A stretch of 64,000 nt of DNA from Longimicrobiales bacterium (GTDB lineage: Bacteria; Gemmatimonadota; Gemmatimonadetes; Longimicrobiales; Gaopeijiaceae). The notes beneath the pieces were generated by a model that was not told where the DNA came from, searched no databases, and saw only the letters and a program-made list of their open reading frames with translations. The DNA lies in NCBI GenBank assembly GCA_965197725.1, contig CBDANQ010000029.1, positions 1-64,000 on the forward strand, written 5' to 3'. Below, one piece after another: positions 50,808 through 61,172 of this stretch. How positions within the stretch are numbered: position 1 is the first letter of the stretch; each line of letters opens with the position of its first letter. The position numbers and the translations under genes are program-made.

Positions 50808-51342
50808 AGCTGACCTTGGGCACCGCCTTCTCTGCCTCGGCCACCTCGAAGAATTCCCGCTCGGTGAAACCGAAGGAGCGCGCGATGAACACGCTCGGGA
50901 AGGTTTGTGTCTTGGTATTGAAGTCGCGCACCACCGCGTTGTAGTCCTGGCGTGCCCGGGACAGCTGCCCCTCGATTTGGCCGAGTGTGCCCTGGAGGTC
51001 GCGGAATCCGCTCGCCGCCTGGAGGTCCGGGTACGCTTCCGCTAGCGCAAAGAGTGACTTCATCGCTCCCGCCAGCATGCCCTCAGCTTGGGCCTTCGCC
51101 GCGGGCCCCTGAGCCGACATCGCGCCGGATCGGGCGGCTACGACGCCCTCAAGGGTCTCCCTCTCGTGGCTGGCGTAGCCCTTCACGGTCTCGACGATGT
51201 TGGGGATCAGGTCGTACCGCCGTTTCAGCTGCACGTCGATGTCCGCCCAGGCGGCGTCACCGGTTTCCCGCAGCCGCACGAGAGAGTTGTACGACATGAC
51301 CGCCGCGACGACGATCACGCCGATGATCAGTAGTTGCCTCAT
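50791..51342 (-). CDS. lemA: LemA family protein
   Basis: YNSLV, IDVQLKRRYDLIPN, EAYPDL, YN..V, FPS. Confidence 0.93.
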   Translation of the reverse strand: MRQLLIIGVIVVAAVMSYNSLVRLRETGDAAWADIDVQLKRRYDLIPNIVETVKGYASHERETLEGVVAARSGAMSAQGPAAKAQAEGMLAGAMKSLFALAEAYPDLQAASGFRDLQGTLGQIEGQLSRARQDYNAVVRDFNTKTQTFPSVFIARSFGFTEREFFEVAEAEKAVPKVSFSDDD

Positions 51343-51588
51343 CACGCATCTCCCACCAGAAAGGTGCCCGGTCGCCTCGAGTCTCGAGCTGATCTTAGGT
51401 CCAGGCCCCCTCCGAGGGCAAAGCACGCATTCCCGGACGGCTACTGGGTTTACGGGCCCGGTCGCGGCTCCCGTCAGGGGGCCGGTTCTTCACCTTTACC
51501 CTCCGACCCGCCTGCTCTACCTTCGTGATCCCCACGATTTCCGCCCGTCAGGGCCCGCTCCAGCCCCTTTCATACAGAGAGAAACCAC

Positions 51589-53001
51589 GTGGCCGGCGAC
51601 AACAGCGGACACTTCGAACTAATCGTCATCGGGAGTGGCCCGGGCGGCTATGTAGCCGCGATTCGGGCCGCTCAACTCGGTATGAAGGCGGCCTGCGTCG
51701 AGGCGGAGGAGCTAGGCGGCGTTTGCCTGAACATCGGTTGTATTCCGACCAAGGCGATGCTCTCGAGTGCATTCTTCGTCAATGAGATGAAGGACGGGGA
51801 GAAGCACGGCATCATGGCCGAGCAAGTGACCTTCGATCTCGCGCCCGCACAGGAGCGTAGCCGCCGTGTCGCGGACGAGATGGCGAAGGGCATCGGCCAT
51901 CTCTTCAAGAAGAACAAGGTTACGCATCTGCCAGGCTATGGCCGCCTGAAGGGCGGCGGAAAGGTCGAAGTCGAGGCGGAGGACGGCTCCAAGACCGTCT
52001 ACGAGGCCGCCAACGTCATCATCGCTACTGGTTCGCGCCCGCAGAACCTGCCTGTGCTCCAGATCGACGAGGTCCGCATCTGGTCGTCGACCGGGGCGCT
52101 CATGCAGAAAAAGGCGCCCGAGTCGCTGTTCATCGTAGGGGCCGGCGCGATCGGCATGGAGTTCGCCGACGTCTACGATTCCTACGGCACCAAGGTCACC
52201 GTCGTCGAGGCGCTCGATCGGATTCTGCCGCTCGAAGATGCCGAGATCTCCAAGTTCGTGGAGCGCACGTACAAGAAGCGCGGCATCGACATTTACGCCG
52301 GCTCTGTTTTCCAGAAGGCCGAGATCGAGGCGGACGGTGTCACGGTCACGTTCACGGATAAGAAGGGTGAAGAGCAGACGCTCGAGGTCGAGTACGTTCT
52401 TTCCGCGGTTGGACGCGTGCCGAATTCGGAAGACATCGGCCTCGACGCCGCCGGGGTCAAGGTCGATGATCGGGGCTTCATCGTGGTCGATGAGCAACTC
52501 ATGACCAGCGCTCCGGGCGTCTACGCGCTCGGCGACGTCGCCGGGCACCAGCTTCTCGCCCATAAGGCGAGCCACGAAGGCATCGTCTGCGTCGAGCACA
52601 TCACGGGGCAGGGTCATGGCACCGTCGACTACGGCAACGTGCCGAACTGCACGTACTGCCATCCGGAGGTTGCTTCCGTGGGGCTTACGGAGGAGCAGGC
52701 CAAGGAGCAGGGATACGATGTCGCGGTGGGAAAATTCCCATGGGTCGCTAACGGACGGGCGGTAGCGGGGGGCCACGCGGAGGGTTTCGTGAAGGTCGTG
52801 CGCGACAAGAAGTACTCGGAGATTCTGGGGGCCCACATCGTGGGACCGCACGCCACGGAGCTCATCGCTGAGTTCGTCGTGGGCCGCCACCTCGAGTCGA
52901 CAGTCGAGGAGCTCGAGAAGGCGATGCACCCGCACCCGACGTTGTCGGAAGCCGTAGCCGAGGGAGCACTCGCCGCACTCGGGAGGCCCATTCACATCTA
53001 G
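51589..53001 (+). CDS. lpdA: Dihydrolipoamide dehydrogenase
   Basis: GSGPGGY, GGVCLNIGCIPTK, HPHPTLSE. Confidence 0.97.
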   Translation: MAGDNSGHFELIVIGSGPGGYVAAIRAAQLGMKAACVEAEELGGVCLNIGCIPTKAMLSSAFFVNEMKDGEKHGIMAEQVTFDLAPAQERSRRVADEMAKGIGHLFKKNKVTHLPGYGRLKGGGKVEVEAEDGSKTVYEAANVIIATGSRPQNLPVLQIDEVRIWSSTGALMQKKAPESLFIVGAGAIGMEFADVYDSYGTKVTVVEALDRILPLEDAEISKFVERTYKKRGIDIYAGSVFQKAEIEADGVTVTFTDKKGEEQTLEVEYVLSAVGRVPNSEDIGLDAAGVKVDDRGFIVVDEQLMTSAPGVYALGDVAGHQLLAHKASHEGIVCVEHITGQGHGTVDYGNVPNCTYCHPEVASVGLTEEQAKEQGYDVAVGKFPWVANGRAVAGGHAEGFVKVVRDKKYSEILGAHIVGPHATELIAEFVVGRHLESTVEELEKAMHPHPTLSEAVAEGALAALGRPIHI

Positions 53002-53267
53002 CCGACCTTCGTTAGCCGACCTCCATGAACAGCGCCGAGACCCCCGCTCTGACGAGCGACGACGCGCCAGCCAGTCGCGATTGGAGCGCCGGGAAGAGCG
53101 AGCCCTTCGGCTCTGGATCGCGCCCGCGCGTTGCTACGGGACATTTGCCAAGGCGGTCGCCGTGAAGGTGCGGTGGCTCGCCACCCCGACGGAAACGAGC
53201 AGGAGGAGCTTCGGAGCCTCCTGAAGACGCTCGGCGTCGGGATACGGGAGAACGATCTAGCCTGAGG

Positions 53268-54500
53268 CTACTCGGTTTGCGTGTAGGCGCGGAGATCGAC
53301 CCTGATGCCGCGAGTGGTCAGTATTCGTACAAGCGCCTCACCGATCTTGTTGTTGGGCGTCGATGCGCCTGCTGTGATACCGAGCGCGAACGGTCCCTCG
53401 GGGAGCCAGTCCGAGTCCACGACCTCCGGGGCGTCGGGGCTCAGCCCGACCTTGTGCCGGATCGTCCCCTTCTCGATGTCGATGCACGAGGCGTCCTCGA
53501 CGTGGAACGTCCGGGTTTGTTGTTCACAAAGGTGCGCGAGGTGGTTCGTGTTCGAGGAGTTGTAACCGCCGATGACCAGCATGATGTCGGGCGGGTCCTT
53601 CATCATGTCAGCCACCGCGTCCTGACGCTCCTGTGTCGCTGAGCAAATCGTTCCGAACGAGCGAAAGTGTGTGGCGGCGTGCTCGCCACCGAAACGCTCG
53701 ACCATCGTCTCGTGGATCTTCCATCCAATCGCAAGCGACTCGCTGGCAAGCATCGTGGTCTGGTTGGCCACGCCGATGAACTCGAGATCGACGTCCGGAT
53801 CGAAACCGTCTGACGCCTTCTTCTCGAAGTGGTTCATGAACTCTTCGCGCGGCATCCTGCCGGGTACGCGAGCGATGTAGTCGCGAATGAGCTGCGATTC
53901 ATCCATGTCACGGATGATGACGAATTTGCCGTCGTCGTATTTGTTCACCTGCGAGGCGGTCGCGCGGGACTCCTCGTGGGTGTCCTTGCCGTGGATGACT
54001 GCGGTGAAGCCGTCTTTGGCATAGCTCTCCACCCGCTTCCAGACATGCAACACAGAGCCGCACGTCGTGTCGACCAGGATGCACCCGATGTCGCTCAGCT
54101 CGTCGAAGTCGCGAAGAGTTACTCCGAACGCCGGCATGATGGCAACGTCCTGCGCCGTGACTTGGGAGAAGTCGAAAGCGCCCGACTCGTCGGGGTAGAT
54201 GAAGGAGATACCCATGTCGGTCATCCGCTGGTTCACATACGGATTGTGGATGATCTCACCGACGAGATAGATCTTCTTGTCCGGGAAGTTGTGCACGGTT
54301 TCGTACGCGTAGTCGACCGCCCGATCGACGCCGTAGCAGAAGCCGAACTCCTTTGCGAGCCTGATGGAGACATCCCCGAACTGGACCCTGTTCCCGTTTG
54401 AGCGGATCTGCTCGACCAACGCCGATTCGAATTCGGCGTCGATGACAGGCTTGAGCTCCTTCCTGAGCCCGAATCCCTTGCGGAAGTATGTGTGCTCCAT
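53268..54500 (-). CDS. ispH: 4-hydroxy-3-methylbut-2-enyl diphosphate reductase
   Basis: FGFCYGVDRA, IIHNP, DTTC, NQTT, TICSATQERQ, SSNT, AGASTP. Confidence 0.95.
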   Translation of the reverse strand: MEHTYFRKGFGLRKELKPVIDAEFESALVEQIRSNGNRVQFGDVSIRLAKEFGFCYGVDRAVDYAYETVHNFPDKKIYLVGEIIHNPYVNQRMTDMGISFIYPDESGAFDFSQVTAQDVAIMPAFGVTLRDFDELSDIGCILVDTTCGSVLHVWKRVESYAKDGFTAVIHGKDTHEESRATASQVNKYDDGKFVIIRDMDESQLIRDYIARVPGRMPREEFMNHFEKKASDGFDPDVDLEFIGVANQTTMLASESLAIGWKIHETMVERFGGEHAATHFRSFGTICSATQERQDAVADMMKDPPDIMLVIGGYNSSNTNHLAHLCEQQTRTFHVEDASCIDIEKGTIRHKVGLSPDAPEVVDSDWLPEGPFALGITAGASTPNNKIGEALVRILTTRGIRVDLRAYTQTE

Positions 54501-54642
54501 CCGTCGATTCCCGCCTGAGGCCCTTGAGGCAAGAGGGTTCACACCCCGGGGTACCCCTCGTGCGGGAGCGCGGTCCCGAGTCGGGCACCAAGTTCGTCGC
54601 GGGTCGTGAACCCCGCCGGTCCTCAAGCGGGTAGTGGTTTGC

Positions 54643-55128
54643 ATGACCACTCTTGGCCGTCTGGCTCTTCTCTTCGTCGTCGTCCCCATCATTGAGTTGA
54701 CGCTGCTCATTCAGCTCGGGCAGTTCGTTGGACTCATGCCCACGCTGGCGCTGGTCATCGCGACCGGCATCGGTGGAGCTGCGATGGCGCGAGCCGAAGG
54801 CCTGCGTGTGCTCTTTCAGTTCCAAAAGGAGTTGGCGCAGAGTCGGCTGCCGGGCCAAGCGATGCTCGACGGGGCGTCGGTTCTGGTCGGTGGTGCGTTT
54901 CTTCTCACGCCGGGGGTACTCACCGACCTGCTCGGCTTTTCGCTGCTCTTTCCTCTGAGCCGACGGTGGATTCAAAGACGGTTGAAAGAGTGGCTTGAGC
55001 AGCAGATCGCCGACGGCTCGATCCGGGTCGCGGCAATGGGGCCCGGCCTGGAGTTCCGTGCCGCGGATCCCCGGCAGGGACCCGGGATGGATCCCTCGAA
55101 GGGCATCGTCGTCGAGCCGGAGGAGTAG
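54643..55128 (+). CDS. fxsA: FxsA family membrane protein
   Basis: VPIIEL, LLTPGVLTDLLG. Confidence 0.9.
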   Translation: MTTLGRLALLFVVVPIIELTLLIQLGQFVGLMPTLALVIATGIGGAAMARAEGLRVLFQFQKELAQSRLPGQAMLDGASVLVGGAFLLTPGVLTDLLGFSLLFPLSRRWIQRRLKEWLEQQIADGSIRVAAMGPGLEFRAADPRQGPGMDPSKGIVVEPEE

Positions 55129-55227
55129 GCCGAGCCTGCCCGCGCGCACCACGCGCGGCCGACCCGTGGCTCGTTCCAGGGCTCGCGGATAGCTTTCGGC
55201 CCCCGCTACTCACCCATCCGGATTACC

Positions 55228-56295
55228 ATGAGTCACGACATCTCCTTCCTCGAGCGGCTTCTCGACGCCGCCGGGCCCTCCGGCTTCGAAGTCCGTGCGG
55301 CTCGCGTTTGGCGCGAGGACGCCGAGACCTTCGCGGACAACGTGCACACGGACGTTACGGGCAACTCGTTCGCGGTGGTGAACCCATCAGGAAGTCCGCG
55401 AGTCATGCTCGCGGGGCACATCGATGAAATCGGCCTGCAGATCACCCACATCGACGATGATGGCTTCGTATTCATCGCTGCGATCGGCGGGTGGGATCCG
55501 CAGGTGCTCGTCGGCCAACGCGTCACGATCTTGGGCAAGCACGGCGACGTGGCGGGTGTGATCGGCAAGAAGGCGATCCATCTCATGGACCGCGAAGACC
55601 GCAGCAAGGCGTCGGAGACGAAGAAGCTATGGGTCGACGTGGGCGCGTCCTCCAAGGAGGAAGTCGGTGAACTGGGCATCCGGGTCGGCGACCCCATGGT
55701 TGTGTCCCAGAGGATGGTGCGGCTTGCCGGAGACAGGATCGCTAGTCGTGCCATCGATGACCGCATCGGGGCGTTCGTAGTGCTGGAGGCGGTCCGCATG
55801 CTTTCCTCCAATCCGCCCGCCGCGTGTGCGACTGCGGTGGCCACCGTGCAGGAGGAAATCGGGTTCACGGGAGGTGGCGCAATGTCGAGTGCGTACGCGC
55901 TCGAGCCCGACGTCGCGATCGTCGTGGACGTGACGTTCAGTACCGACGTCCCAGATGTGGAAAAGAAAGAGTTGGGCGACCACGAACTCGGTGGTGGTCC
56001 TGTGCTCAGCCGCGGCTCGGCTGCCCATGACTGCGTCTTCGAGATGTTGGCTGATGTAGCTGAGGACGAGGGCATCTCCTACACGATCCAGGCGTCGCCC
56101 AGAGCGACGCGCACCGACGCCGACGGGATCTTCCTCACGCGCGCGGGCGTGCCGACGGGCCTGGTATCGGTCCCGAACCGCTACATGCACTCACCGAACG
56201 AGATCATCAGCATCGAGGATCTTTGCAACTCGGCGCACCTCATCGCCGCGTTCATCCGTCGGCTGACACCGGAGACCGACTTCACGCCACGGTAA
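55228..56295 (+). CDS. M42 family aminopeptidase
   Basis: GHIDEIG, DDRIG, QEEIG, VDV, TDAD, RYMHSP. Confidence 0.93.
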   Translation: MSHDISFLERLLDAAGPSGFEVRAARVWREDAETFADNVHTDVTGNSFAVVNPSGSPRVMLAGHIDEIGLQITHIDDDGFVFIAAIGGWDPQVLVGQRVTILGKHGDVAGVIGKKAIHLMDREDRSKASETKKLWVDVGASSKEEVGELGIRVGDPMVVSQRMVRLAGDRIASRAIDDRIGAFVVLEAVRMLSSNPPAACATAVATVQEEIGFTGGGAMSSAYALEPDVAIVVDVTFSTDVPDVEKKELGDHELGGGPVLSRGSAAHDCVFEMLADVAEDEGISYTIQASPRATRTDADGIFLTRAGVPTGLVSVPNRYMHSPNEIISIEDLCNSAHLIAAFIRRLTPETDFTPR

Positions 56296-56360
56296 TTGAC
56301 GCTCCGATCCCCCTTCCCTACCCTTCGTGCCCCTGTAAACGTCCTCGCGGATGTGAGATA

Positions 56361-56834
56361 ATGGCTTTGCATAGTGGAGAGGTGGTGCTGGCCCTGCAGG
56401 AGATGCGGGACGAGGGTCACCTCTCGGACGCGCTACTCCGTAAAGCCGTGCGCTCGATCGACGCGGCCGATGACCGCTTCAACTGGGTCGGCGTGTATCT
56501 GCTAGACGAGGCCGAGGAGGAACTGTGGCTTCACAACTACATGGGTCCTGGCACGGACCACGCGAAGATCCCCGTGGGCACGGGTGTCTGCGGGCGCGCG
56601 GTCGCCGAACGGACCAACCTCAACATCTCCGACGTGAGCGCCGAGGAGAACTTCCTCGTGTGCTCGCCCGATACGCAGTCGGAGCTAGTGATTCTGATCC
56701 GCGCGGGTGAGGACATCTTCGGACAGATCGATATCGACTCGGACGATCAGGCCGCGTTCACCGAGGAAGACGAGATGGCGCTCATCAGCATTGCGGACAA
56801 GCTCGCGGAGCAGCTCGCTGCGGAGCGTCGGTAG
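56361..56834 (+). CDS. GAF-domain protein (free Met-R-sulfoxide reductase-like)
   Basis: FNWVGVY, G.GVCG, SELV, GQIDIDS. Confidence 0.85.
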   Translation: MALHSGEVVLALQEMRDEGHLSDALLRKAVRSIDAADDRFNWVGVYLLDEAEEELWLHNYMGPGTDHAKIPVGTGVCGRAVAERTNLNISDVSAEENFLVCSPDTQSELVILIRAGEDIFGQIDIDSDDQAAFTEEDEMALISIADKLAEQLAAERR

Positions 56835-56863
56835 GAGTCACTCCGACGGAGCAGGCGGCCTAC

Positions 56864-57130
56864 CCGGCTGCGGGAGCTCGACGTCGCCGTCGCATACCCC
56901 GCTCACGGCCCGCCGCTGGAGGACGTGTCGACGGCGCTCGATCGCTTCGTGAGACACCGACGGATACGGGTCCGACAGGTCGAGCACGCGTTGATCGGGC
57001 ACGAGAACGCGGCCCCGAGGAGTTGTTCGAGATCGTCTACGGAGGGTCGCTGCCTCCAGGCATGGACGAGCCGGCCAGACGAAGTTTGGCCGCGCTCATG
57101 GAGTACGTGAGGGACCGCGATCAGCTCTGA
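56864..57130 (+). pseudogene. MBL-fold hydrolase C-terminal remnant
   Basis: RLRELDVAVAYPAHGPPL...FVRHRRIR, then a frameshift to EELFEIVYG; catalytic N-terminal part absent. Confidence 0.6.
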
Positions 57131-57175
57131 GGGCGACGTATTGCACCCGCCGTTGCGAGCGGGGTATGCTCGGGC

Positions 57176-58612
57176 ATGAGCCAGCCCATGCCCTCGGCGC
57201 TCGTGCGTCGCCTGTCCGACATCGTCGGCGCGAAGCACGTCATCACCGACCCCGATCGCCTTCTCGTATACGAGTCCGACGGCCTCACCGCGTATCGGGC
57301 TACGCCCCGGGCGGTGGTGCTTCCGGTCTCGACGGACGAGGTCGCCCGCATCGTCGAGGTTGTACACGAGGAAGGGATCGAGGTCGTGCCACGAGGTGCG
57401 GGCACGGGACTGTCCGGCGGCGCGCTCGCGACCGCGAACGGCGTGGTCGTTGGCACGGCCCGCATGAACCGGATCCTGGACATCGATCCGGAGAACCGAC
57501 TCGCGCGATTGCAGCCGGGTGTGATCAACGCACGCCTCACGGAGGCGACCAGTCCGCACGGGTTGTACTACGCGCCCGACCCATCGTCGCAGAGCACCTG
57601 CACCTTGGGTGGCAACGTGGCCGAGAACTCCGGCGGACCACACTGCCTCAAGTACGGCGTCACGTCCCGGTACGTCACCGGACTCACCGTGGTCCTGGCC
57701 GGAGGCCGCGTCGTCCAGCTCGGGGGTGCCTCGGGAGCCCGGCACGGGTCACTCGACCTGGTCGGGCTCTTCGTCGGTTCGGAGGGCTGCTTCGGAATCG
57801 CGACCGAGATCGAGGTGCGTCTGCTGCCCATCGCCCAGAGCGTGCGCACCTTGCTCGGCATCTTCGACACCATGGAGGACGCGGGGCGTGCAGTGACCGC
57901 GATCATGGCATCTGGTCTCATGCCGGCCGCGATCGAGATCGTGGACCAGGCCACCATCCGGGCGCTCGAGGCGAGTGTCTTCGCCGCTGGCTACCCGGTC
58001 GACGCTGGCGCTGCGCTGGTCGTCGAGTTCGACGGAACCGAGGCGGGTCTCGAGGCGGATGCGGACAGCGCGGAAGAGTGTTGTATCGCCGAGGGTGCAA
58101 GGGAGGTCCAGAGGGCTACGGAGGCCGAGCACCGCGCGGCGCTTTGGACGGCCCGCAAGAAGGCGTTCGGCGCCCTGGGGCGAATTGCGCCTGATCTGCT
58201 GGTCCAGGACGCGACGGTGCCGCGCACGAAGCTCCCGGAGGTGCTCGCGCGCATCGCTCAGATCGGTGAGAGTTACGACCTCAAGATCGCGAACGTCTTC
58301 CATGCCGGAGACGGCAATCTGCATCCCAACCTCCTCTTCGATCGGCAGGACACGGACGAGCTGGACCGCGTAGAGCACGCATCCAAGGAGATCATGCAGC
58401 TGTGCGTCGACGTGGGCGGCACGATCACCGGCGAGCACGGTGTGGGCATCGACAAGCGCGACTACATGCCGCTCGTGCACAACGAGACGGAACTGGACAT
58501 GCTGCGTTCCGTGAAGCGGCTCTTCGATCCCAAGGGGCTCTTCAACCCGGGGAAAGTGCTTCCGAGTCGCACGTCGAGCGCTAGCGAGTTGCCGGCTGGG
58601 GTGATTTCATGA
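57176..58612 (+). CDS. glcD: Glycolate oxidase FAD subunit
   Basis: PRGAGTGLSGG, PDPSS, NSGGPHCLKYG, HAGDGNLH, GEHGVG, NPGK. Confidence 0.9.
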   Translation: MSQPMPSALVRRLSDIVGAKHVITDPDRLLVYESDGLTAYRATPRAVVLPVSTDEVARIVEVVHEEGIEVVPRGAGTGLSGGALATANGVVVGTARMNRILDIDPENRLARLQPGVINARLTEATSPHGLYYAPDPSSQSTCTLGGNVAENSGGPHCLKYGVTSRYVTGLTVVLAGGRVVQLGGASGARHGSLDLVGLFVGSEGCFGIATEIEVRLLPIAQSVRTLLGIFDTMEDAGRAVTAIMASGLMPAAIEIVDQATIRALEASVFAAGYPVDAGAALVVEFDGTEAGLEADADSAEECCIAEGAREVQRATEAEHRAALWTARKKAFGALGRIAPDLLVQDATVPRTKLPEVLARIAQIGESYDLKIANVFHAGDGNLHPNLLFDRQDTDELDRVEHASKEIMQLCVDVGGTITGEHGVGIDKRDYMPLVHNETELDMLRSVKRLFDPKGLFNPGKVLPSRTSSASELPAGVIS

Positions 58613-59835
58613 CGGTGGGCAGCGCGACCCCCCTGACCGACGTGGTTTCCACGGAGGCGCTCGAAGTTCCGCCGGGCGGCTCGGCGTGGATCGCGCTTGG
58701 GCGGGAACCGGACGCATACGTCGCTCCCGGCTCGGTCGAAGAAATCGTCGAGCTTCTTGCGTGGGCTCAGGCCGCCGCCGTCGGGGTGATCCCGGTGGGG
58801 ACCGGTGCGCACGTTGGGGACCGCCGGTCCCAGCGTCCGTACATCGCGCTCTCTACCGCTCGATTGAGGGGAGTCGAGATCTACGAGCCTGCGGATCTCA
58901 CGCTGACGGCAGGGGCCGGTACTCCCCTGACGGAGCTCGCTGGCGTGGCGGGCGAGCACCGCCAATGGCTCCCTTTCGACCCGATGGACGCGCCAAACCG
59001 CACGTTGGGTGGACTCGCCGCGGCCGGAGTGACCGGGCCCCTGTGGGCCGGCTACGGACACGTGCGCAATCACGTGCTGGGAATGACGGTCGTGTGTGGC
59101 GACGGCCGCACGCTTCGACTCGGTGGTCGGGTCGTGAAGAACGTCGCGGGCTTCGATCTGATCAAGCCGATGGTAGGCAGCCGCGGTCGTCTCGCCGTGG
59201 TGACGTCGGTCACGTTGCGGCTCTTTCCCGTGCCGGCGGTCGACAGGGTGCTCGTGCTCGAGGCCGCCGAGCCCGCTGCGCTCGTGCCTGCTGCCCGGGC
59301 GGTCGCGACCGCACTGACCCTCCCGGCGTCAATCGTGCTCTCTTTCTCGACCGGGGCTGCGAGCTTGCTCGTGCGCCTGCACGGTGCCGTGGACACGGTC
59401 GACGCGGACCAACGGATGCTCGAGGCGCACGCCGGGGTCTCCTTCGCCGCGAGAGATGGGCCCGAGGCAGAGGCAACGCTTGCCGCCACCCGAGACGCCG
59501 GTGCGGACGCTGAGGTACTGCTCCACGCCTCTACGCTGCCCTCGAAGCTAGGAGCTTTGCTCGACCTGATGCGAGGCGCGCTCGCGGGTGTGGACGGCGT
59601 AGTCGTGGCGGACGTTGCCGAGGGCTCCGCACGGGTTGGGCTCACTGGCGCGGGTCCAAGCGATGTCGTGCACGCGCTACGAGTGGGAGCCGAGGGGTTG
59701 GGCGGTGCCGTGGCGGTGGACCGTTGTCCCATCGACGCGAGTCCGGCGGCTCTTTCTACCCCACTCTCGCCCGCTGCCCGGGAGATCGGCGACGGCCTGA
59801 AGCGGCTCTTCGATCCCGGCGGTGTGCTACTTTGA
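58609..59835 (+). CDS. glcE: Glycolate oxidase FAD-binding subunit
   Basis: YEPADLTLT, GGRVVKNVAGFD, GSRG, K..FDP. Confidence 0.88.
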   Translation: MTVGSATPLTDVVSTEALEVPPGGSAWIALGREPDAYVAPGSVEEIVELLAWAQAAAVGVIPVGTGAHVGDRRSQRPYIALSTARLRGVEIYEPADLTLTAGAGTPLTELAGVAGEHRQWLPFDPMDAPNRTLGGLAAAGVTGPLWAGYGHVRNHVLGMTVVCGDGRTLRLGGRVVKNVAGFDLIKPMVGSRGRLAVVTSVTLRLFPVPAVDRVLVLEAAEPAALVPAARAVATALTLPASIVLSFSTGAASLLVRLHGAVDTVDADQRMLEAHAGVSFAARDGPEAEATLAATRDAGADAEVLLHASTLPSKLGALLDLMRGALAGVDGVVVADVAEGSARVGLTGAGPSDVVHALRVGAEGLGGAVAVDRCPIDASPAALSTPLSPAAREIGDGLKRLFDPGGVLL

Positions 59836-61172
59836 GCCGCACGGCGTCGACGCTGTCCGAGGCGCTGGAAAAGCAGCGCGATCGCTTGCTCCCGTGCGTG
59901 CACTGCGGGTTTTGTCTGCCGGCTTGCCCCACGTACAACCGTCTTGGCGACGAGGCGGATTCTCCACGCGGGCGCCTCTACCTCATGCGGGCAGTTGTCG
60001 AAGGGCGGCTCGACCCCGGCTCCGACGCGTTCGGCACGCACATCGATCGATGCCTCGGGTGCCGCGCGTGTGAGCCGGTGTGTCCCTCGGGAGTCGAGTA
60101 CGGCGCCCTGCTCGAGCTGGCCCGCGAAACCGTTGCTGAGCACCGTCCCTCCGGTTTCCTGACGCGTGCTCTGCTCTGGGTGTTCTCTTCCTCATTCCGA
60201 CGAACCCTCTTCTTCATGCAGAGTCGGTCGATCCGGGGCCTCGGGCTCGCGTCGCTCGGCGCCGGCCTGACGCCGGCGGTGGGACCGCTCAAGACCGCGA
60301 AACTCGCACTTGCGATGCTCGCTTCGACGGCGGGTTGGAGCCGCCTCCGCACCTTCGGTATTGCCAAGACCGGCTCGGCCGACGCGCCGACGAGGTCGGT
60401 TGCGGCGGGTTCGCGTGGACGGGTCGCCGTGTTGATCGGCTGTGTGCAGGAGGGGCTCTTCGCCCGCCTCAACCGTGCGACTGTTCGCACCCTCGAGGCT
60501 AACGGCTACGAGGTGGTCCCACTCACCGGTCAGGATTGTTGTGGTGCTCTGCACGCACACGGAGGGGACCTCGAACAGGCGCGGGCCCTCGCTCGCGCGA
60601 ACATCGCCACCTTCGAGTCTGTCGATACCGATGCCATCGCGGTGAATACGGCAGGGTGCGGTGCGGCCATGAAGGACTACGGAGTGCTACTGGAGAACGA
60701 CCCTGAGATGTCTGAGCGCGCGCGCTCTTTCGCCGCCAAGGTGAAGGACGTCACCGAGCTGCTTTCCGATGCGGGGCCTTTGGCCGGCGCGGAAATGACA
60801 TGCATGGTGGCGTACGATCACCCCTGCCACCTGCTGCATGCCCAGCGCGTCGAGCAGCCTCCGCTCGCGGTGCTCGCTGCCATACCGGGCACCGAGGTCC
60901 GCATCGTCGAGAGGGCGGACGAGTGCTGTGGAGGAGCAGGCATCTACGGCATCACGCACCCGGAGCTCGGCGGCGAGATCGGACGGGACAAAGTGGCGGC
61001 GGTGCGCGCTTGCGCAGCGGACGCGGTCGTGACGCCCAACCCGGGCTGTATGATGCAGATCGGCGCGGGGCTCCGGATGGAGGGGGCCCGAGAAGGCGTG
61101 TTACACCCGGTGGAGCTGCTGGACGAAAGCTATCGGCGCGCCGGCTACTACCAGACGAGGTCGGAAGCATGA
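59832..61172 (+). CDS. glcF: Glycolate oxidase Fe-S subunit
   Basis: CVHCGFCLPACPTY, SPRGR, CLGCRACEPVCP, two CCG domains. Confidence 0.9.
   Translation: MSRTASTLSEALEKQRDRLLPCVHCGFCLPACPTYNRLGDEADSPRGRLYLMRAVVEGRLDPGSDAFGTHIDRCLGCRACEPVCPSGVEYGALLELARETVAEHRPSGFLTRALLWVFSSSFRRTLFFMQSRSIRGLGLASLGAGLTPAVGPLKTAKLALAMLASTAGWSRLRTFGIAKTGSADAPTRSVAAGSRGRVAVLIGCVQEGLFARLNRATVRTLEANGYEVVPLTGQDCCGALHAHGGDLEQARALARANIATFESVDTDAIAVNTAGCGAAMKDYGVLLENDPEMSERARSFAAKVKDVTELLSDAGPLAGAEMTCMVAYDHPCHLLHAQRVEQPPLAVLAAIPGTEVRIVERADECCGGAGIYGITHPELGGEIGRDKVAAVRACAADAVVTPNPGCMMQIGAGLRMEGAREGVLHPVELLDESYRRAGYYQTRSEA

Noticed and set aside
53026..53260. Possible small gene remnant after lpdA
   Set aside because: Short broken frames with no recognisable motif.
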